Of a stretch of 64,000 bases of DNA, positions 1-13,477 are shown in pieces. The DNA is from the human T2T-CHM13v2.0 reference genome, Homo sapiens. The notes beneath the pieces were generated by a model. That model saw only the letters and a program-made list of their open reading frames with translations. It was not told the origin of the DNA and searched no databases. The DNA is taken from assembly GCF_009914755.1 (NCBI RefSeq), contig NC_060933.1; one strand, given 5' to 3'. The first letter of the stretch is position 1, and each line of letters opens with the position of its first letter. Position numbers and translations under genes: made by a program.

Positions 1-639
1 GTTCCCTAGAAAAAAATTTTAATGCGGTTTCTTCATTTAAATTGTTTCAAATCTACTTAAAAAGAAATAATCACAAACACCATTTTGTCAGGAATAAATG
101 AGGTCAGATATAAGTTTACTTCTTTCTTTTGTAGGCCTACTAAATTAGTAGTTCCAAAGGAACGTAGATCTAGGTATCTCATATGCACCACTGCATTTGA
201 ATTAAAGTCTCTAAAGCCACAGGCCACAAAAGTTTTCCTCTCGGTTTACTTAATTCCCTAATCCTTCATCCATCTTCAGTTAGCTCAGGAGTTGCAATGA
301 TGACAAAAGTAGACTGTTCACAGGACAAGTGATCATTGCGTCCTTTTTAGGATGCTTGTCTATCAAGACAGACAGAGAAGGGTCGGTCAGTGGTGACATA
401 ATTATAAAATCAATAGTTCTGACATCTTGGTAAGAGAGGTGCATGAGGCCATCCTTACATTAGACTAACCTGACAGGTTGTTGTTTTACAATATTTTTTC
501 CACTTCTATATGCTTAACTTATTAACCATTGTTTCTATTCTTAAAAATAAAACTAATAAATATACATACTTTAAAACATTCACAAAGTTCATAGAGCTAT
601 AAAAAGAGACAAAAATGTCACTGGGTCCAGTCTCTACCT

Positions 640-2310
640 CTTTTCTTTAAGAAATACCGCTGTTAACCGTTTTTTTTTCCAGAAAAAAAGCCTGTATGTC
701 CCCATATACTTATACACATTGGATCATACTATATGTACTGTTTTACGTCTTCCTTTTTAGTATTGAATGATATGCCTGGGGGATCTACACATATCTACGC
801 ATGTAAAAAATTCATTTTATTCTGTTACATTTATGAAGTATTCCATACTCGTGGTCTTCAATACCTTAGCAACTAGTCACTAGCCACTAGCTACTAGTTC
901 GATACCTTAGTCACATTAAATATTTGAAATGTGGCTACTGCCAATTAAGATATGCTATATGTGTATTTCACTTTGCAGATACATTGTGTTTGTTTTCTAT
1001 TTAGTGGACATTTGGGTTGTTTATAGCTTTTTTGTTGTTATTCCTAGTAGTGCTACTATGAACATTCTTGAACATATTTCTTCATGTGTTTAAAAGTTTT
1101 TCTCGGATGGATATTTTCAATTTTTATTTTTTATCACAACTCAGTGCAAAACACATCTTACAATATATAGAACGCGTGCACACACACAGATATGTCATGA
1201 ACTCTCCTCTCCTCTCTCCTGTCCTCTATTTTATCGTGAGGCAAATTGCATACCATCTTCTTCAAGAGTCCGATAGTAATTCTTGATCCTTTACTGTTGC
1301 ATATAAATTTCATAATAGGCTTGTCAACTTCCACGAAGGGCCCTGTCAGCATTTTGATTAGATTCTAGTTAAGTCTATAGTTTGATTAGTAGGACATTGA
1401 TAAAAAACAAGACAAGGGTTTCTGGTCAAGAATATGATATATCTTCCCATATGTTTTTATATTCGAGTTTGAGTGACAGAGTTATGATCTTTTGTAAAGT
1501 CTACTCTTAAATTATCCCTTATCTTTTAAAAATTGTTTTCTCTGTTTTTGGCACAAATTGATATTTATATGTGCTTGATATTTAAATGTATCTTGTTTAC
1601 AGGAACCACAAGAAAATTTTAATCATTTTCTTTCTTAAAATGTCAAATCCTGGCTGCATTGGTATCACTCTGATGCTCTGAAATTTATTCAACTTTTCTA
1701 GTTTTTCAGGCTACAAGAGGTAGTCTGATGCAAAATGAAATGACTCAGTCAAAATAGAATATATTTTTACATATATATTCATAATGTTTTTGTCTGGTAT
1801 TGGTATAAAGGTTATAGTAGACTCTTAAAATTATTGAGAACACTTCCTCTTTTCTCTTCGTTAACAAATTTTGCCTTAGATTCGCTAGATGTTTCTGAAT
1901 GTTTGGTAGAACTTCTTTGTAAAACTATGGTGGCCTTGTTTATTTTCATGAAACATTTTTTTATTTTAAAATAGTGTAGCAGTTATAGTATCAAATATTA
2001 TATTTCTTTTGAGTCAGCTTTGGAATTTATACTTTTCTAGGAATTCCTTATGTTTCGTTTTTCACATGTGTTGGCATCAAATTACTCATAGTATTTTATT
2101 TTCTTTTAAATCTCTATGTAATCTCCAGTTCCCTCCCTTTTAATCCATACTAACATAATTTCCATCTTCTCTTTTTCAATTTCCTTCAGAAATTTGTCTA
2201 TTATTTTTTTCCTCAAATAATCAGTTGATGACTTTGTTGATCATCTTAATTCTTTGGACTTTCATTAGTTTTCATTGTTGGCATTAATTTTTACTTTTCT
2301 TATTTTCTAG
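640..2310 (-). mobile_element. Highly degraded L1M (L1ME-like) fragments
   Basis: T-rich antisense L1 ORF2/3'UTR-like phrases, e.g. gcatataaatttcataataggcttgtcaacttccac and tctggtattggtataaaggttatagtagactc. Boundaries approximate. Confidence 0.55.
852..975. mobile_element. MER3/MER33-like hAT-Charlie MITE fragment nested in L1M
   Basis: Motifs tagccactag and tttgaaatgtggctactgccaattaagatatgctatatgtgta resemble the MER3 consensus as recalled. Confidence 0.5.
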
Positions 2311-5236
2311 CATGAGCGTTTAAAGCTTTGCTGCATTTCGAGGCTGTCGATGGCTTGCCACAGCCCAACTACGTGATCTTCTTACCTGAATCTTACCTTC
2401 CTCTTCCAACAGACTGCCAGGCAGGCTGTTCAGCAAAAGCATGATTGAGTGTGTTCCTTAAAGATAGATGCTGACACAATCTTCTCCTTTTTCACCTTTC
2501 ATCTTCCTCTCATCTCCTAGTTTTCATTTTAAGCTAAGAAATATTTCTCTATTACTTATAAGCTAGGTATATTAAATATACATGTTAGCATTGTAATACA
2601 ATGCCAAAGTTCTTCTAAAAATAATTGATGTATCTTTCAACATCAAATGCACATTTATATTAAAAAGAATAACATAGCAACTGAAGTTTCCGGTTTACCT
2701 TGGCCTCAGAAGAAGTGTATGTACATATAAAAGAGTCTCAAAAGTCTGGAGCTATGATGTGCTTTTGAAAATTTGCCATGTCCCAAGCACTGTAGTTTGA
2801 ATTGGCTGATGGTGAGATAGCTATTTTTAAGGCTAGAGTTGTTCAAATCTGAATGTCGACACCAAGGGGAAAACAAGAGAGCCCGGCTCTGTGTATTATT
2901 TATGAGGAATTACCTTGAAACTTATCTTCAGGTCCTTTGTGGTAATAACTTCTCTTAATAATCAGATATAGTTTCAGAGCAGGCTGTTTCTCATTCATTT
3001 AAAATGGTTTAAAATTCTGTATCAGTTTGATTAAAGAAAATAATTTACTGCCCAGGTCGAACACTGAGTAAATTGAGATTGAATTTCTGTTTCTTAAAAA
3101 TGTATTTTTTCACTTTGTGTGCAAAAGATAAGTTTTCAGACTAAATGCTGAAAAAGTCTGCGCTGACCAGTCTGTGTGCCAAGTTTAGATGGCCTCAATT
3201 AAGTTTCTGGCCCTATAGCACCCGCTGCTCCTCTGCTTCCCAGGATCCTCCATGCCCTTGCTGAGGGGTCATTTGTCTGCTGCTCTCACTTTGTTTAGGG
3301 GCCTGGCCAGGATCTTCCTCAGAACGATTTCCTCCTCCCCACCCTTTCCTCAGTCAGCTCAGGGAGTTGGGAGTTGGTTAGGCCTTGGGGACTCAGGGCC
3401 TGAACTAAATGCCTTATCCAGAATGGCTAAAGTTTCTCTAGGTACCAAGACAACTTAAATGTATTTATCTATAGATAAAGCTATACTTAATTTGGAAATG
3501 TTAGCACCTTATTTGTTAGAGGATTGATGATGTGGTCATCTTCTCATTTAGATAATTTCTATTATTAAATTATATTACTATAATAAAAAACATGTTTGTG
3601 GATATCCTGACAGGAAAATCAACAGATGCTACTTAACTCTTGGTTCATCTCAGCAGTCAGAAAGAGTGGGGATATTTACTCCGTGTATCCACTTTTCCTT
3701 TTTGATTTATAATCCAGGGGCAGGCACTGGAAAGGCCCTGAAGAAATAAAGAGTAATTCTGCTTTACCAGATATGCGGCTATAGTGTGGGAAGAGGTTAA
3801 ATTTTGGTCAGATGTCTGGAAATAATGGGGCTGAAGATCCTCTGTGGCCTGACTGAGTTGATTCTGGATTTGTTGAATGTGCTTATATCCCCAGGAAGCC
3901 AGCAAATCCTGTAAAGTCCTTGATGGGCATCTAGCTAAAACAGCACTGTAAGTTAACTCTGACATTTGCTGCTCAGTTCAATAAGAGTAGGGAATTCTCA
4001 TGCAGTTTTTGACAGGTATAGATAGATTATTACAACCACTTATTCAAGGCTTGAGAACACAATAGCATTAGGAAAAGTGAGACCCAAGCTTTAAGAGTTT
4101 TCAGGATCTAATGGATTTATGACCTGGAAGCAGAATAATAAACATAACATCTACCTTAATATTGGAATCCTTTTCTGGGAAAGAAATGGTGATGGCCTGG
4201 GTGTAGCTGTCCCTGTGAAGGAGGCCATAGGGATAACCTGGAATGCACAATCAATCTCATGGTGGAGGTTGGAAGAGGAGGAGGAGGTAGAGGAAATAGT
4301 GCTATCATTTTCTTCCTAGGTTATCTACATGTACCTGTATGAAAGACCAGCAGATGTCCTGGTCTCTGCCTTTTGAGCTGCTCTATTCCAAAGATACCTA
4401 AAGCCATTCAAAACTTGGGCCTGAGAAACTTATTAAAGCCATTTATTTATCTTTGGCCATTTCCTATATTTGATTTACTACATGTCATCATCAAAGGAGT
4501 AAATAATATAATTAAAGACTATATTGTAATCAAGTATTTTCCCAGTCCTCCTTTTTTTTTTTTTAAAAAAAAGGTAGAATTGAGGCTCAGAGAGCTGAAA
4601 CTCTAAGGACCAACAAGCAATACATTATTGAAAAGCTTTCTTTTTTTTTCTAATATGACTGTTTCAATGAGGAGATGGTGTAAAGCAAACCAAGCTATGT
4701 ATCTCAGCAAAGCATCTCTTGGAGTTCAGTCAGTAAGTAGTTATAATTAGGTTCAAAATCTCCAGACGTTATAAAAAACTAAAATGTACTTCCTATTATA
4801 AGTGATATAAAAAGGAGTGGAAGGGTAGTAATTGGAGACTAGTATCACTCACCATTCTCAATATATTGGAGACATGAGAAACTTGTGGGAAGTTCCTGTG
4901 GACTGTGTCCAGGGACAGCATTAACCCAGATATTGACCTTTCTTGTGTGAGTATGAAGGCAATGAAAAAAATTCTTCAAGAAATTTGCATAATTTGGGAG
5001 GAGAATATTAAATGTGTGGTATTTAGAAATCTACTTAGTTAAGTAAGTCTTTGCATGGAATTGGCCAGATTTCTTAGGAGCCATGCATAGCTTTGTGAGG
5101 AGGTGATCTATTTTCTTGCAACATTGTTTCTGCCCTACATCACTGATTCTTGAGAATACATATGAGACTCTCTTATTTAAACCAAAACAGAGGAGAGAAA
5201 CATTTGCTGTTTAATTTTGATCTTTTTCAAAAGATC

Positions 5237-5259
5237 TTTTTTTTTTTTTTTTTTTTTTT
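5237..5259. repeat. Poly(T) tract (~23 nt)
   Basis: Direct read. Confidence 0.9.
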
Positions 5260-5406
5260 GAGAGCTAGGCAGGAAGACAAATTCCTCATCCTCGCAACTG
5301 CAATAAGTGAATAGAACCAAACCATGACTTTCCTTGCACAGGTGCTAAAGTGAGACATGGCTGGTTTGCCACAATATTAAACTATCCCTGAGCCTTTCAG
5401 TGATGT

Positions 5407-5464
5407 GATTGAGAATTTCTGTGGATGGGATTTGGGATTGAGAATTTCTGTGGATAGGATTTGG
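5407..5464. repeat. 29-bp tandem duplication
   Basis: gattgagaatttctgtggat(g/a)ggatttgg x2 with one mismatch. Confidence 0.95.
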
Positions 5465-8400
5465 GAATTTTGTCACCAGTGAGGGATTCCATCTTTTTAT
5501 GGTTCTTTCACAGCTTTTGAGGTTTGAGGACAGTAGAGTGTTTTTGAGAAATCTACAGGAATGTGGGGCCGCTCTTAGAGAGATGAGTCTGGAAACTCAG
5601 CTTGGATTCTTACCAGTGTTCAGCACTCATGGGCTGACATTGGATCCCACAGTTAGAATCTCAAAAAGGAGATATATATGTACAGCTACTTTCCTTAATA
5701 AAATCTTCAGTTGGCAGCAAAGAGAATTTCTACAAGTGAGAGGCTTAGCCAGACTCTAAAACCAGACTATGTTTCCTTTTTTCTAGAGTTTTTCTTGCAA
5801 ATTTTCATTACCACCATCTTGGAGATGATGGCATGAGTATACGGCATTGCTCCTTTTGAAGTTTTTCTTTGTCTGAGAGGCAGTCCATTTTTCTATTAAC
5901 AGTTAGGCCAAAATTGAGATATTTACATTATTTGCATAAGACTTATCTGAAAGTTGGAGAATAACGAAAGAGAAGTAACTGGAGAATGACGTGCAACTAT
6001 GGTTTACAATGGATGACTGGCTTCTATGAGAATATGTCAGATCACCTAAATTTCAGAAGAGATGAAGACATAGAAGAAAAAGGCCCTTGTCTCCTCCCCA
6101 GATGATCAATGACAATTTCTAGGAGTGACCATATCTATGCACAATACTAGAAAACCACACAGTGTCCATCATTTCATATGCATCAACATGGAAGCCATTA
6201 AATCTCAGAGGCTGTGACGTCTTCCTGTATTTCTTGTATCTACTCTTGATTGTTAGAGAGAATAAGTTTTAGTGCTTTGGCTGTGCTATTTACAAAAGTT
6301 TCTGAGACTGTTTCAATGTCCAAAAGAGAATTTCTACAACATCTTTGGCAGAAAATATTTGAGACTCTAGAATATTCCAAAATGAAGAAATAGGAGAAGC
6401 CAAAGCTTAAGCTGTAAAGGGTCTAAGAGTAGCTCCATGCAGGAAAATTTGCTTAAGACCAGGATAAGGAGACTATGGAGGTCGGCATCTGGAAGATAAA
6501 TAACATAATTATTATGGATTTGATCTTTATCTCTTGAATCTTATCCAGGCACAAACTTTGGTGAGAGGGTTACAGGGCTCCTGGGTGAAGTCTAAGAAAT
6601 ATTCTGGTTCTTAAAGTTACATTCTAGCAATGAATGGGTTGCCCCAATACTAAAAGTATATTTCCTCACAATAATATGGCTTGTTTTTCTTCCTTGCAAC
6701 AGAAAAACAGAGGGGAAATAAAGAAACAATACTTGGCAAACCATGACAGAGATCTTGCCTAGGTATGTTGTGTTGACATTTTTGTTTCTTCCCAATGGGG
6801 TACCGTGTACTAGAAATCAAATAATGTGAAAATGAATCTTTAAATGAAGCTATAGCTTCTGTTCTATTGTCTTCTGTATTTGTAACAATACATTTGAGTA
6901 TTGGGCCCCAATTTCTCTGTGGACATTGAAGAAATTGGTGCATATCTAGAAAAAAAGGCAACAAGTGTAGTAAAGGGCAATATCAGATGAAAAATGTTTG
7001 CAAGTATTAGGAGTATTTAAGTCAAACAAATGAAGACTGGAACTCATGATGCAAACAGTGTAAGAGTTTCCCAGTGAAAGAAAAGTTTGTTTTATGTGAA
7101 GCCAGAGGGTGTGTTCTATACTCATGCCTTCATGGTCAGATTGAAACAATTATAGCTATCTCTGCACAAAAGAAACCCAAGTACTTTGCGGCTTATCTGA
7201 ACTCATCCGACATACATACCAAGATCTAAGAATACAGACTTCCTTTTTTGTACACCCAATGTATCAAATTATTGACAAAAAATAATTATTCAATAAATGG
7301 TTTGTTGACAACCAATGGTTATTTTGTGCCAAGGATGTGTCAGCTCTGTAGTGAACGTAACAGCCATGGTCTCTTTCCTCACCCCTTTGTCTGATAAAAT
7401 CCAGAATGCCTTATAAATATTTCCTCTAATATCTCCTCCTTCATGATCCTACTAATCTTTTAGTCACTCCTTTTGCCACTATATATGCCTTTATTAAAGA
7501 TTTTTTTCACCTCACATTATTTTTTATACTTAAGTATGTAAAAATTAATTTTTTCTTTAACTTTATAGTTTTAGCTACTGGCAAATATCAGGTGCTTAAC
7601 TAGTGCTGTTCACAAAAGGATGGAATTGTAAAGATAGTTTTCATGTCCCTGGCAGCTAGGGTTACTTAAGGGGCATCTCTAATGCTTTATTCAAAAGGGA
7701 AATTTAAATACTTCCTTCTCCCCACGACTTTTGTAATCAATATAGATTATTGCACTGTCAATGCTGCCAATACCAGAGATAGAAGGAATATAGTGAAAGA
7801 GAGCCAACCAAGATTGTTCTTGCTTGGCTATTAAAATTAAGTCTTGATCTATACTTGTTTACTTATACTTTCATTCTCCAATAAGTTAAATACAAGGTGC
7901 TTTCCAAGCCATGCCTTATGTAATTTAATTCTCATAGCAACCTATGACGTTGCCCATTATTAAAGTGTTAAACCAAATTCTCAGAAACTAAATTGATTGT
8001 TCCAATTTTTACTTTTGATATGGCTGCTAGAGTAGAAAATTATGTTGTACCACTGAACTGGTGTATCTGAGTAGACAGCTTTAACTTGGACAATAAAGCT
8101 TTTAAATGGGACCACCAAATAATTATTTACCATTCCATACTTATTGCATTTTAGTTGGAGTGTGATAATGATTATTTTTGACCTATTTAGATTTTCCTTA
8201 TAATCAGATTTATCTCAAAGCCTACCAGTTGTTCATATTTGACCAAATGCTTTTCTTATTGGTTAAGATGGCTGTTCTCTGTGGAGTTACCTGAAAGATG
8301 TATCCATGTCGATTTCTAAGTCTGGCATTTGAGTCATCCAAAAGGATTCTGTCAGTAAATAAGAGCTATTTCTAGCTCTTTGACCTCTTAATCTGCATCT

Positions 8401-8889
8401 TTACCAAGGTCATTATTTGTTTGAGAATGCATGGGATGGATAGAACCTTTATTGTTTCCTGTTATATATTCATGGTATTATTAAATGAAATAAAGATCAA
8501 CATCAATTTTATTCCAATTTTTCAACTTTATAGATGTCTGAGAAATATTATTTACTGAAAAGTAGATGGGAATGAAGGAGTTTTGTTATAGCAATGTCAC
8601 TCACTTTGAAATTCTTCTGAGATACATGGCAAACACCCCATAATGATTAATCATCAAAAATATTTTTTATGAACAGCCGTCCACTGATAAGTTCTTCAAT
8701 CAATCTCTTTGAAAGCAAATAATTGGATACCCCTTGACTGAGAAGAGGATTTTTAAAGATCCAGTCACTAAACTTCTTCATTTTCTCAACACTAACACCG
8801 ATATTTAAATCATCCATTTGTTTGACATCCCAGAGACTGTTAAAAAAGAAGCAAGGAAACATGGTAAAATAGAGATGGATGAGAAGCAA

Positions 8890-9035
8890 GACTTTACCAA
8901 CTTTTTTGAGCTTCAGTTTCTGTGTAAAATTGGGATAACAGTGTACCTATCTCTTATGTTTATTGTGAGATATTATAAATGAGTTATGTATCTATCATAG
9001 CAATACTAAGAACCACCCAAGACGTAGCTATTAAA
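8890..9035 (+). mobile_element. MIR fragment
   Basis: MIR core-like cttcagtttctgtgtaaaattgggataacagtgtacctatctc...tgtgaga..taaatgagtta. Confidence 0.6.
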
Positions 9036-9279
9036 TGATGCACTCGGGCCTGATTTAGGCAGTTAACCTTACCTTACCTTACTAAAGGTGAGTAGGGCAC
9101 ACAATGGCCAAATATAAAACAGGCAGCACAATCAAGATTTTCTTATACATCACATTTTGAGGTAGAATTTTATCTAGTGGTAACATCTAATCTCTTTGGG
9201 GAGGAGATTGGCTAAGGTTAGGTTGGGTGTCAGGACTCTAGAAGCATGGGCTTAGGTAAACAGAAAACTCTAATTTCCA

Positions 9280-9590
9280 GCAGGAAGGCAGTGAAGGAGA
9301 ATCTGTTCCAGACTTCCCTCCTATATTCCCAGGTAACTCTTGGGTTGTAGATGAGACCTCCCTGTGTAGAAGTTCTCTCCTCTTCATATTCCTTCTGTAT
9401 GTATCTCTCTGTATGTCCAAATTTCTCCTTTTAATAAACACATTAGATACAGGCGTACCTTAATGACCACACCTTAACTTGAACACCCTTGTCATCTATG
9501 GAGCCCCTATTTCTAAATAAGGTCATAGTTACAGGTCCTTGGGGTTAAGAGGTCAACATTTTTGCAGAGTACACAATTCAACCCATAACA
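9280..9590 (-). mobile_element. MLT1 (MLT1B/C-like) MaLR LTR fragment
   Basis: Characteristic ctatttctaaataaggtcata...acacaattcaacccataaca terminus, the reverse complement of the LTR start TGTTATGGG. Confidence 0.75.
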
Positions 9591-10699
9591 GTGATATATC
9601 ATTAAGTAAGAGATAGGCAGATATTAGGGACATAAAAATACCCATGGCTTTTCCTAGAGAGTAGCCGTAAGTGACTTTCCTTCAAAAGTCTTAATCTTAG
9701 TTTTCTTATCTCTGCAGTGGGAGTAAAGCTTCACAGTTTTGTCTGAAGTATTATAATAAAGGAGGACATATAGGTAATAGTGATTTGTAAACTGTGTTAC
9801 AAAGATACTGTATATAATTATAGTTGTTATTAATGCATTTATTTTATGCCCTATGTTTCCTAGATTTTTCCAGAAATTGAATAAATAAAGTTGAAAGATC
9901 TGAAGTAGCTGAAAGGCAAGTAGAGGCAGGGGCCATTATCCGTATGATCAGTTTTTGAATTAGCAATGAGTGATTTCACTGTAAACATTAACATGGTTTA
10001 ATAACTGGCTATCATAAGCATAATTTAAAATATGTTGCATGTTTCACAGTTTCCTATATGGAATGATTTCTTTATTAGCCTATAGAATATTGAGAGGCAA
10101 AACAACTTTAAAAATATTTGCTATTGTTTGTAAGAAAAGCACTGTGCTGAACGCCCATGAGGGGAGAAATATACCAAATTAAAGAGTATGTATATATATT
10201 TTATTCCTCTGTCAAAACAATGCTGGTATAAGACTGTGCACGGTCAAATTGGGTTCTAACTGCTATGAGTTAAACTTCCATCTTTGGCTAAACGAATTTC
10301 CTCAGCCTTTTATTCTGCATTCTTGGTAAAAGTTTTGGGGGCTGACAGATTGCTGTTATGACCACTTCAGACATTGAAAAATGACTTAGGAGAAACAGCC
10401 ACAGCTTGGGAGAGACAAATAGCTTCCCAGAAGAGAGCGATTCATGCAGGGGTCATTACCACATATTCAACTACCTGAACCTCAAATATGCGTAGACAGT
10501 TCAGTATTTGCCAGAATCAGTACAGAAGTTACCTTCTAATCCCTTCTATCAGGCACAAACAGAAACCCAGAGAGAAAGAGCACAGCCCTTTAGTCCATGT
10601 AGCATGTAACTTCATGAACACATTCTGTTCTTTACATGGCTCAGATAATTATATGTAAGATTACAGAATGTAAGTGCAGATTACATAGGCTAGTCAACA

Positions 10700-11045
10700 T
10701 GCAGTAAATAATAAATAAACATGATGCCTGGCACCATTCTAAGCCCAGAGAGGCCAGAGCCAGAAACCAGATAAGTAGCCTTTAAAAGATTTATGATTTA
10801 GTGAAGTAGTACAATAAGCAAATAATTATGACACAGTGTTAAAACTGCAATGATTAGGAATATACAGATGCTGCTGTGGGAGTATTCAGGAGAGCAACCT
10901 TACCTGGACTGGGAGATGGGTGTAATAATGGTAAAAAAGATTTCCTAAGGAAGAATTTTTCACTTTTACAGTGTGTTGAAGGTGTAAGCATGGCAAGATT
11001 TATTATCTGCCTCATTATAAGAAAGGAGGTGAGGAACATTCCATT
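10700..11045 (-). mobile_element. L2 3' fragment
   Basis: Degenerate antisense L2 3'-end phrases (tgcctggcaccattctaagc; aaaagatttcctaaggaag). Confidence 0.45.
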
Positions 11046-11979
11046 TTAAACTGCTACTGAGAAGAAATATTAGGGCTTAATTTAGTTATAAATTGAACAT
11101 GTTCTTAAGGGAATGGAAACTCCTGGCTTTTTCAATTCATTTGCCTTAGAAGCCAAGTAGACGTATAACCTATGTGCGAAATACTAGTATTCTGAGCGGC
11201 TAGGACCTGTTGGTAGAATTGTCATACTTCTGGAACAGACTTCCACCTAAGAAAAATCTCTCAACAGAGTGTCGGATAAACCCACAGTAGCTCCATACGT
11301 CCAAAGCACACAGGACAAAATATAAGACAGTTGGTTTATTTACATGTAAAACAAAATAATAAATGTAGTAAATAATATTGACGCTTAGTAACTCAGGGTC
11401 CGTTGGAGTATCTGTACCTACATGGATTAAGGTCTAACGTGACTTGCCATCCCTGGATGAAAGATTGTATTCACAGCAGAGGTTTCTGCCAACAGGAATA
11501 CCACAGTGAAGCCAAGTGGACTCCTCTTTTCCTAGAAGGGTCCTTCCTCTGGAATTGTTGACACTGGGCCTGCCTCTCTTCAGCCACAGCATCTGTATCA
11601 TATATGCCAGAGCAATGTGTGGGTCCCAAATGATACTTTTCCTTCCTATAGAACTCCTGTTCATATTTATGCTATGCTGTTTGAGTGAGGTCAGCCTAAA
11701 GTGGTTTTCACTGCTATGAAGATTATTGGCAACTTCTCTTTTCCAGAACCACGTGGAGATACAGCAGAAAGTGACCTTGTTAAAAACAAGTCACAGTAGC
11801 CAGGGTAAATTCACTCATCTTTTTCTCACTTATTCAGAATTCCACTTTTATTTTATTATACATTTTCCTAAAAACAGACATATATATCTTGCCTTGATTC
11901 TTTATTAGCCTAAAAATCTCAATTAATTTTTATTAATTTGTCCATTCTTTAAACTAGTAACATGTTGTTTCAAATATTG

Positions 11980-13117
11980 TTTTAATATATACTTTAAGTT
12001 CTAGGGCACATGTGCACAACGTGCAGGTTTGCTACATATGTATACATGTGCCATGTTGGTGTGCTGCACCCATTAACTCATCATTTACATTAGTTATATC
12101 TCCTAATGCTTTCCCTCCCCCCTTCCCCCACCCCACAACAGGCCCCGGTGTGTGATGTTCCCCTTCCTGTGTCCAAGTGTTCTCATTGTTCAATTTCCAC
12201 CTATGAGTGAGAACATGTGGTGTTTGGTTTTTTGTCCTTGTGATAGTTTGCTGAGAATGATGGTTTCCAGCTTCATCCATGTCCCTGCAAAGGACATGAA
12301 CTCATCCTTTTTTATGGCTGCATACCATGGTGAATATGTGCCACATTTTCTTAATCCAGTCTATGATTGATGCACATTTGGGTTGGTTCCAAGTCTTTGC
12401 TATTGTGAATAGTGCCACAATAAACATATGTGTGCATGTGTCTTTACAGCAGCATGATTTATAATCATTTGGGTGTCTACCCAGTAATGGGATCACTGGA
12501 TCAAATGGTATTTCTAGTTCTAGATCCTTGAGGAATCGCCACACTGTCTTCCACAATGGTTGAACCAGTTTACAGTCCCACCAACAGTGTACAAGTGTTC
12601 CTATTTCTCCACATCCTCTCCAGCACCTGTTGTTTCCTGACATTTTAATGATTGCCATTCTAACTGGTGTGAGATGGTATCTCATTGTGGTTTTGATTTG
12701 CATTTCTCTGATGGCCAGTGATGATGAGCATTTTTTTCATGTGTCTTTTGGCTGCATAAATGTCTTCTTTTGAGAAGTGTCTGTTCACATCCTTCGCCCA
12801 CTTGTTGATGGGGTTGCTTTTTTCTTGTAAATTTGTTTGAGTTCTTTGTAGATTCTGGATATTAGCCCTTTGTCAGATAAGTAGATTGCAAAAATTTTCT
12901 CCCATTCTGTAGGTTGCCTGTTCACTTTGATGGTAGTTTCTTTTGCTGTGCAGAAGTTCCTTAGTTTAATTAGATCCCATTTGTCAATTTCGGCTTTTGT
13001 TGCCATTGCTTTTGGTGTTTTAGACATGAAGTCCTTGCCCATGCCTATGTCCTGAATGGTATTGCCTAGGTTTTCTTCTAGGGTTTTTATGGTTTTAGGT
13101 CTAACATTTAAGTCTTT
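11980..13117 (-). mobile_element. 5'-truncated L1PA (approx. L1PA4-6), 3'UTR plus ORF2 C-terminus
   Basis: Near-consensus antisense 3'UTR (atactttaagttctaggg...). ORF track peptides [20 protein letters not shown] and [17 protein letters not shown] are L1 ORF2p. Confidence 0.95.
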
Positions 13118-13430
13118 TAAAATACTTTTTAGTAACTAGTAATAAAAGTCCCTCTTTATTACTCTTCTCTTTTGTATTCTAAAGAATGTCAAACTATTAA
13201 AAAGTAGTGGGAACAATGTAATACCCATGATCTCACTGCCCTAATAAACGTCTTAACATTTCTTTATATTTACATTCATTTTAAAATATAGGAAATAAAA
13301 TATTATAAAACATTCTTTTTGACTACTATTCCCAGTTACATGACTTCCCTACCTTTTCCCCAAGGCAAACACCATCATGAAATTCAAATGCAGTTTTCTA
13401 GGTCATTTAATTTTTTTTTTCATTTTTAGG

Positions 13431-13431
<1 letters not shown>

Positions 13432-13477
<46 letters not shown>

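Noticed and set aside
5619-5640. REST/RE1-like TTCAGCAC half-site
   Set aside because: The right half (GGACAG) is not matched, and it lies in a MIR-like remnant.
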